Assembly (NCBI GenBank): GCA_022705625.1
Contig: JAKJEE010000001.1
Span: 1-47,206 of the forward strand
DNA: 47,206 nucleotides
Direction of reading: 5' to 3'
Source: Patescibacteria group bacterium
GTDB lineage: Bacteria; Patescibacteriota; Minisyncoccia; UBA6257; JAKLIH01
Shown: positions 43,735 through 47,206 of the stretch, in pieces
Layout: every line of letters starts with the position of its first letter
Position numbering within the stretch: position 1 is the first letter of the stretch
Program-made: the position numbers and the translations under genes
Notes under the pieces: model-generated
The model's database searches: none
Seen by the model: only the letters and a program-made list of their open reading frames with translations
Told to the model about the DNA's origin: nothing

Positions 43735-45630
43735 ATGAAAAAATCTATACCATTGATGTTAGTGGCTTTATTGGTGGTGGGAATATTAACTCAAGGCACT
43801 AAGGTTTTTAATTTGCCTAATTTTTTTGATAAGGTATCAACAAAATTATTTTCCTCTAAAAAAACATTGTTGGCCGATGTAGATTCGTCGCCAGACAAAA
43901 CAATTTCCCCCGTTGATTTAATTACTAGTGATATGGAAACTTGTGCGGTTGATAGTGATTGTCAACTTATCAATATAACCAACGAACCAATGGGTTGTTG
44001 CTATTGTTTAAGTAATATGGACTCAGAATGAATATGACGAGCAGTGAATGGGCAATCTCGATCGAAAATCGAAGAGATTAAAAATGAATATTGTGCTACT
44101 GAAACACGATGTCCGGTGAGTGTTGACTGTAATAAAAACCCAGTTTTACCAATCGACAGGATAGCTAAATGTGATGGTGGAAAGTGTATTGTAGCTAAAC
44201 CAGAAGTTAGCAAAAATTTAACACCAACGGATGAAGATTCGGAAGTTTCAACAGACACCAACAATGTTAATTCGATGTCGGCTACGGAAACAACATTAAA
44301 AGAATATTATTATTGTTCTTTGCCAACATATCAATGCGTAGCCAAATCTATTATAAACAATACGGGTGGCTATCTTTCACAAAAAGACTGTGAGAAAGAT
44401 TGTTCTCAAACTTTAGTTAAAAGCATTGAACTATCAGCTGATATGCTAAAATGTTCGTATAATTCCGATTGTAAAATTGTTGATACCGGTTGTTGCCCTT
44501 GTGCTTGAGGATACACTGAAAAAACTAAAACAGCTATCAATCGTAACTCAGAAAAAACTTTTTTGGCTAAATGAAAAAATGATTGTAATGGAGCAGCTTG
44601 TGTGCAATCGTCTATTAATAATTGTCGTCTTAAGGTTGAGGCCAAATGTCTAAATAAAACATGCACAGCGGTTTGAGAAAAACCAATAAAGCCAGCCGTG
44701 ACTTCAACAATGAATAAATGTATGAAAGATTCAGATTGTGCAATAGCAGAAACTGATTGCTGTGGTTGTGAAAAGGGAGGAGTTGATAATACAAAAGTGG
44801 GTATTAATAAAAGTTATTTAAATAATTTTAAAAATAATATAGCGACATATTGTAAAAAAATGAGTTTAGATTCTTGCGTTTGAAATTATAATCGATGTCG
44901 ATTTGATGCTACCGTAGCATGTAAGAATAAAGTTTGCGTTGTTAATCTAACGAGTCAGGGTTCATCCGGTGAATTACCGGTTACGCCACCTATTTCTTCG
45001 ACGACGACGACTATTACCACTACGACTACTACGACGACCACTACGACTACTACTAAAGCTAGTGCGCCAGTTATAACTGAAGAACAAAGAAAATGCACCA
45101 GTGATGCTCAATGTAGTTATGTTGAAACTGATTGTTGTGGTTGTAAATATGGTAACGATTTTCTAACACAAATGCCAATTAATTCTAAACACAAGTACAC
45201 TTTTACTAATACGCTTACTAAATATTGTCAAGCCAATAAATTATTACCTTGTAAATCAGTTGGTGTCAATAATTGTTTTACTCCCAAAGTAAAATGTATG
45301 AGTGGTTTATGCACTAATATATGAGTGGCTCCGGTCGCCTCGACAAGTGTTACCTATAAAAAATGTACTGCTGATACCGATTGCGTTGTTATTGAAACCG
45401 CATGTTGTGGTTGTGAAAATGGTGGTAATATAGCTACAAAGATTGGTATTCATAAAAACTATTTAACTTCGGTGTTTAATACCTTTAAGACAAATTTAAG
45501 TAAATATTGTCATGCGGTCAATCAAGATAATTGTAGTTCAACTGATAATAAATGCGAGGGTGAACCAAAAGCAGTGTGCGTTAAAGAAGGATCAATTAAA
45601 GTTTGCAAAGTGAAGGCGGCCAATGAGTAA
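43735..45630 (+). CDS. Secreted cysteine-rich repeat protein (631 aa): signal peptide, five ~80-aa Cys-rich modules, poly-Thr linker
   Basis: Fragments 43735, 44044, 44698 and 45325 share one frame, and the gaps contain only TGA. The repeated core is C-x3-D-x-C-x5-6-[TE]-x-CC-[GP]-C. The Ser/Thr tract is at 44995..45054. Confidence 0.75.
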
Positions 45631-45679
45631 ATAATTAGTGAAAATCCAATCTTAAAACGGGAAGGATTAAAATTAACAT

Positions 45680-45707
45680 TTGACAATCAAGGTATATGTG
45701 CTATACT
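45680..45707 (+). promoter_or_regulatory. Near-consensus sigma-70-type promoter for the RRM protein gene
   Basis: TTGACA (45680..45685), 16-nt spacer, TATACT (45702..45707). This leaves a 5' UTR of about 100 nt containing the hairpin CTTACAT...ATGTAAG. Confidence 0.55.
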
Positions 45708-45816
45708 ATTAATGTTCTCTTATGAGTCCTTTTCCTTACATAGATAAAATGATGTAAGCAAGAAAGAATGAGTAGGGATAGGTCGCTTAATTATTTTATC
45801 TAGACAATAATATACC

Positions 45817-46155
45817 ATGGCAAAAAAATTATATGTTGGAAATTTGTCTTATAGTGTGACTGACGAATCACTAAAAGAATATTTTTCTCAAGCTGGTGTA
45901 GTTGAAAGTGCAACTGTTCTTATGGACAGAATGACAGGCCGATCCAAAGGATTTGGTTTTGTCGAAATGTCAACTGATGAAGAAGCACAAAAAGCTATAG
46001 AAATGTTTAATGGCAAGGAATTGGATGCAAGACCATTAACCGTTAATGAAGCTCGCCCCAAAGAAGAGGGTGCTGGCCGATTTAATCGAGGTGGTGGTTT
46101 TGGCAACAATCGTCCAAACCGAGGAGGTTTTGGCGGTCAACGAAACAACTGATAA
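45817..46155 (+). CDS. RRM-type RNA-binding protein with a Gly/Arg-rich tail
   Basis: RNP2 LYVGNL and RNP1 KGFGFVEM. C-terminal RGG-like tail. Ends ...NN-TGA(W)-TAA. Confidence 0.88.
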
Positions 46156-46170
46156 GTTAAACATACCATT

Positions 46171-46195
46171 AAAACCCCCAGCAATGGGGGTTTTA
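46171..46195 (+). terminator. Terminator after the RRM protein gene
   Basis: CCCCCA-GCAA-TGGGGG, then TTTT. Confidence 0.8.
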
Positions 46196-46350
46196 CTATA
46201 TTTTAAAAGTTAATTTGGTCAAAATAATAAACAACAATGCGAAGCCAATAACACATGCGCTGGTGCATTAAATGGTTCTCAAACCGGTGGTAATAGTTGT
46301 CAAAATAATAATAAAACTTGTGGTTGCAAAAAATAAGCAACATTAAGCGT

Positions 46351-46378
46351 AAAAGAAAAAAAGGACATTGTCCTTCTT
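46351..46378 (-). terminator. Terminator after obg
   Basis: AAGGAC (46361..46366) / GTCCTT (46370..46375). A T-run follows on the minus strand. Confidence 0.65.
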
Positions 46379-46383
46379 TTGCA

Positions 46384-47206
46384 TTATTTGGAAATAATTT
46401 TCTTTAACTTGTCATTATTAAGTTTATATAATAATTTTTTGAGTTTTTCAATGCTGTCATAATCATAAATTGATAAGCAAAGAATATTTTTATTGATTTT
46501 GGCAAATTGGGTTTTAAGTTTAGTAATAATTTTTTTATCAACGGTATCGGTCTTGGTTAGAAAAATATATTCTGGTTTAGTTTTGAATATTTTATTGTAT
46601 TTTTCTAATTCTTTTCGAATTTCACGATAGGCAGCGATTGGTTTTGTATTTTCACAACTGATTAAATGAAATATAATTTTAGTTCTTTCAATGTGACGTA
46701 AAAATTTAATACCCAATCCTTTGTTTTGAGAGGCACCTTCGATTAAGCCAGGAATATCGGCAATAATTAAATCTTCAAATACACCCAAATGAGGTTCTAA
46801 AGTGGTAAAAGGGTAATTAGCAACTTTGCTTTTGGCGTTAGTGATTTCATTAATTAAACTAGATTTACCAGCATTTGGCAAGCCAACTAAGCCAATATCG
46901 GCAATCAGCTTTAATTCTAAACGAATTGTAAAAGCTTGACCGGGTTTTCCTTCTTCAAATTCTTGAGGAGAAGTATTCGTTGAAGATCGAAAGTGAAAAT
47001 TGCCACGACCACCAATGCCACCTTTGGCAATTAGAATTTTTTCATTAACATTAATAATTTCTGAGGTAGTATTATTGTCTAAGTTATGAATGATTGTGCC
47101 CACGGGTAATTTCAGAAAAATATCTTCACTGGTACGGCCATCAATAAATTGTCCTCGGCCGTCTTGGCCATCTTTGGCGATAATTTCTTTAATGTAGCGA
47201 AATTGT
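46384..47206 (-). CDS. obg: GTPase Obg/CgtA (5' end lies outside the window)
   Basis: Obg-fold GG.GG.GN..F, G1 GLPNAGKSSL, G2 YPFTT, G3 DIPGLIEGA, G4 TKTD. The frame stays open to the window edge. Confidence 0.9.
   Translation of the reverse strand, partial: QFRYIKEIIAKDGQDGRGQFIDGRTSEDIFLKLPVGTIIHNLDNNTTSEIINVNEKILIAKGGIGGRGNFHFRSSTNTSPQEFEEGKPGQAFTIRLELKLIADIGLVGLPNAGKSSLINEITNAKSKVANYPFTTLEPHLGVFEDLIIADIPGLIEGASQNKGLGIKFLRHIERTKIIFHLISCENTKPIAAYREIRKELEKYNKIFKTKPEYIFLTKTDTVDKKIITKLKTQFAKINKNILCLSIYDYDSIEKLKKLLYKLNNDKLKKIISK

Noticed and set aside
627-45888. Antisense or alternative-frame track ORFs: 627..962(-), 1229..1660(-), 3024..3227(-), 4572..4763(+), 5335..5595(-), 11050..11274(-), 11532..11807(-), 14926..15144(-), 15751..15948(-), 20999..21202(-), 21830..22069(-), 22668..23015(-), 24394..24672(-), 25141..25335(-), 25435..25740(-), 26341..26535(-), 27313..27525(-), 29005..29226(-), 32129..32314(+), 32241..32489(-), 35434..35742(-), 44001..44264(-), 44406..44666(-), 45888..46109(-)
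   Set aside because: Each lies inside, or overlaps with, a well-supported gene on the other strand or frame. Their sequences are low-complexity or hydrophobic shadow translations typical of AT-rich DNA, with no recognisable motifs.
46214-46336. Cys-rich 40-codon open frame (…QQCEANNTCAGALNGSQTGGNSCQNNNKTCGCKK) downstream of the RRM gene, reminiscent of a small secreted peptide
   Set aside because: There is no ATG, GTG or TTG start in frame after the upstream TAA, no RBS and no signal peptide. It is most likely chance or decayed sequence, although its composition echoes the nearby Cys-rich protein.

Overview
AT-rich bacterial chromosome segment spanning the replication origin (rpmH-rnpA-yidC-jag on the minus strand, dnaA-dnaN on the plus strand). 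The supplied ORF track is fragmented because TGA is a sense codon. Every break between same-frame fragments is TGA. These TGAs fall on conserved Trp or aromatic positions in GlyRS, MetRS, DnaA, PNPase and VirB4, so translation table 4 (TGA=Trp) fits and table 25 (TGA=Gly) does not. All CDS coordinates below come from re-joining fragments under that reading. Contents, left to right: (1) a tRNA-Arg with a palindromic repeat array; (2) envelope genes (Gmad2-like, LCP, pth); (3) a surface-glycan locus (Wzx-like flippase, FkbM methyltransferase, two GT4 glycosyltransferases, an SDR epimerase/dehydratase) bracketed by tRNA-Pro and tRNA-Leu; (4) housekeeping genes (mscS-like, 3D-domain, recO, glyQS, M16 peptidase, AI-2E permease, metG, smpB, rpsO, pnp, rsmA); (5) a LysM/M23 peptidase followed by a tightly packed seven-gene type IV secretion-like module (VirB6/TrbL-like, PrgI/VirB3-like, VirB4-like ATPase, and a pilin-like protein fused to a putative LAS/M15-type zinc peptidase), lying next to oriC; (6) dnaA, dnaN, a DUF721-like gene, argS, tsaE, hup and rpsA; (7) a four-tRNA cluster interrupted by an inverted-repeat-bounded element carrying a decayed GIY-YIG nuclease gene; (8) a 631-aa secreted protein built of five cysteine-rich repeats plus a poly-Thr linker; (9) an RRM RNA-binding protein and a partial obg. 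The most notable items are the recoding in a cell-wall-bearing, CPR/Patescibacteria-like gene context, the origin-proximal T4SS-like module with its pilin-peptidase fusion, the tRNA-associated CCCCCACACTAAC palindromic repeat family, and the Cys-rich repeat protein. All homology calls rest on motifs recognised by eye. No database search was run.
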